Assembly (NCBI GenBank): GCA_039591075.1
Contig: JBDHEI010000003.1
Coordinates: forward strand, 26,716-90,715
Source of the DNA: Gemmatimonadota bacterium
GTDB taxonomy: Bacteria; Gemmatimonadota; Gemmatimonadetes; Gemmatimonadales; GWC2-71-9
DNA: 64,000 bases
Direction of reading: 5' to 3'
The notes beneath the pieces are model-generated. The model was given only the letters and a program-made list of their open reading frames with translations. It had not been told where the DNA came from and made no database searches. A program made the translations under genes and the position numbers. Of the stretch, positions 63,381-64,000 are shown piece after piece (positions within the stretch are counted from its first letter, which is position 1; every line of letters begins with the position of its first letter).

Positions 63381-64000
63381 AATGAGGATCGCCCTGGTCG
63401 TGCCCGGCGGTGTGAGTCGCGACGGCGAATACCGCGTCATCCCGTCAATCCTCTGGCTCATCGAGCGGCTCACACGTCGACACGACGTGCAGGTCGTGAC
63501 CCTGCGCCAGGAATCGCATCCGGCCTCCTGGGTGCTGGGTGGCGCAACCGTCCACAACGTGGGGACGAGGTCGTGGCGTCGGCGGGCCGTTCACACGTTG
63601 CTGCGACTCCACCGATCGACACCCTTCGACGTCTTCCACGCCCTGTGGGTCCGCGGACCCGGTGACGTTGCGCTCGCGGCCGGTCGGCTGTGTCGGCGCC
63701 CGGTGCTCGTGCACGTGGCAGGTGGCGAGTTCGTGTGGCTGCCGGAGATCCGATATGGTGGGGCGGGGTCAGCGTGGTCGAGGTGGATCGCGGGGACGGT
63801 CGTTCGATGGGCCGACCGAGTGACGGCCGCCAGCACCCCCATGCTCGAGCTAGTGCGATCCCACGGCGCTGAAGCGGAGCGGGTTGCTCTGGGTGTGGAC
63901 ACGGCCTTCTGGACGGTCATACCGCCTCGGCCCCGCCCGCGCGACCGGCCGGCGCGTCTCGTCCACGTGGGCAGCCTCAACCCCGTGAAGAACCAGGAAA
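63381..64000 (+). CDS. GT4-type (GT-B fold) glycosyltransferase, 3' partial at window edge
   Basis: Hand translation from ATG 63381 gives MRIALVVPGGVSRDGEYRVIPSILWLIERL...FDVFHALWVRGPG...VHVAGGEF...ADRVTAASTPM...LVHVGSLNPVKNQE, with no stop before nt 64000. This is the typical N-terminal half of GT4 enzymes. It is absent from the supplied ORF track because it is open-ended. Confidence 0.7.

Noticed and set aside
1-64000. CRISPR arrays, tandem or interspersed repeats, tRNA/rRNA genes, transposases, integrases, prophage, toxin-antitoxin or known defence genes.
   Set aside because: No regularly spaced repeats or cloverleaf-like sequences were seen in any spacer; the largest non-coding gaps are about 290, 194, 183, 175, 173 and 158 nt. 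None of the translated ORFs shows transposase, integrase, reverse transcriptase or nuclease-defence motifs. Visual inspection cannot exclude short dispersed repeats.

Overview
This is a high-GC (by eye about two-thirds G+C), densely coding bacterial chromosomal segment with about 65 genes, many joined by 1-4 nt start/stop overlaps. I saw no rRNA, tRNA, CRISPR array, transposase, integrase or phage structural genes. The gene content (CarboxypepD_reg-type TonB-dependent receptors, stand-alone FtsX/MacB permeases, MglAB, BshB1-like deacetylase) suggests a Gemmatimonadota/Acidobacteriota-like organism, but this is inference only. nt 1-52,700 is mostly housekeeping. It carries nrdJ, ispG, cobB-pyk, ltaE, trkAH, an SRP RNA followed by dnaX-ybaB-recR, mglBA, pgsA, cinA, grpE-dnaJ, a CPA2 antiporter and cysteine desulfurase-mnmA. 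It also carries a TolC-MacA-ATPase operon with four tandem permeases in an A-B-A-B pattern, an orphan NtrY-like kinase, and msrPQ. The stand-out region is nt 52,744 to the window edge. It is a tightly packed locus with three B12-binding radical-SAM enzymes, one SPASM/twitch-type radical-SAM enzyme and three SAM methyltransferases. It also has an HPr-kinase-like P-loop protein, a large polytopic (GT-C-like) membrane protein and a GT4-type glycosyltransferase. A speculative 44-codon Cys/Ser/Thr-rich ORF sits directly upstream of one radical-SAM gene. I cannot map this gene order to a pathway I know, and it is my best candidate for an undescribed tailoring system (RiPP-like or envelope glycan/lipid). 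All calls rest on motif recognition in the supplied translations and manual reading of the DNA; no searches were run.
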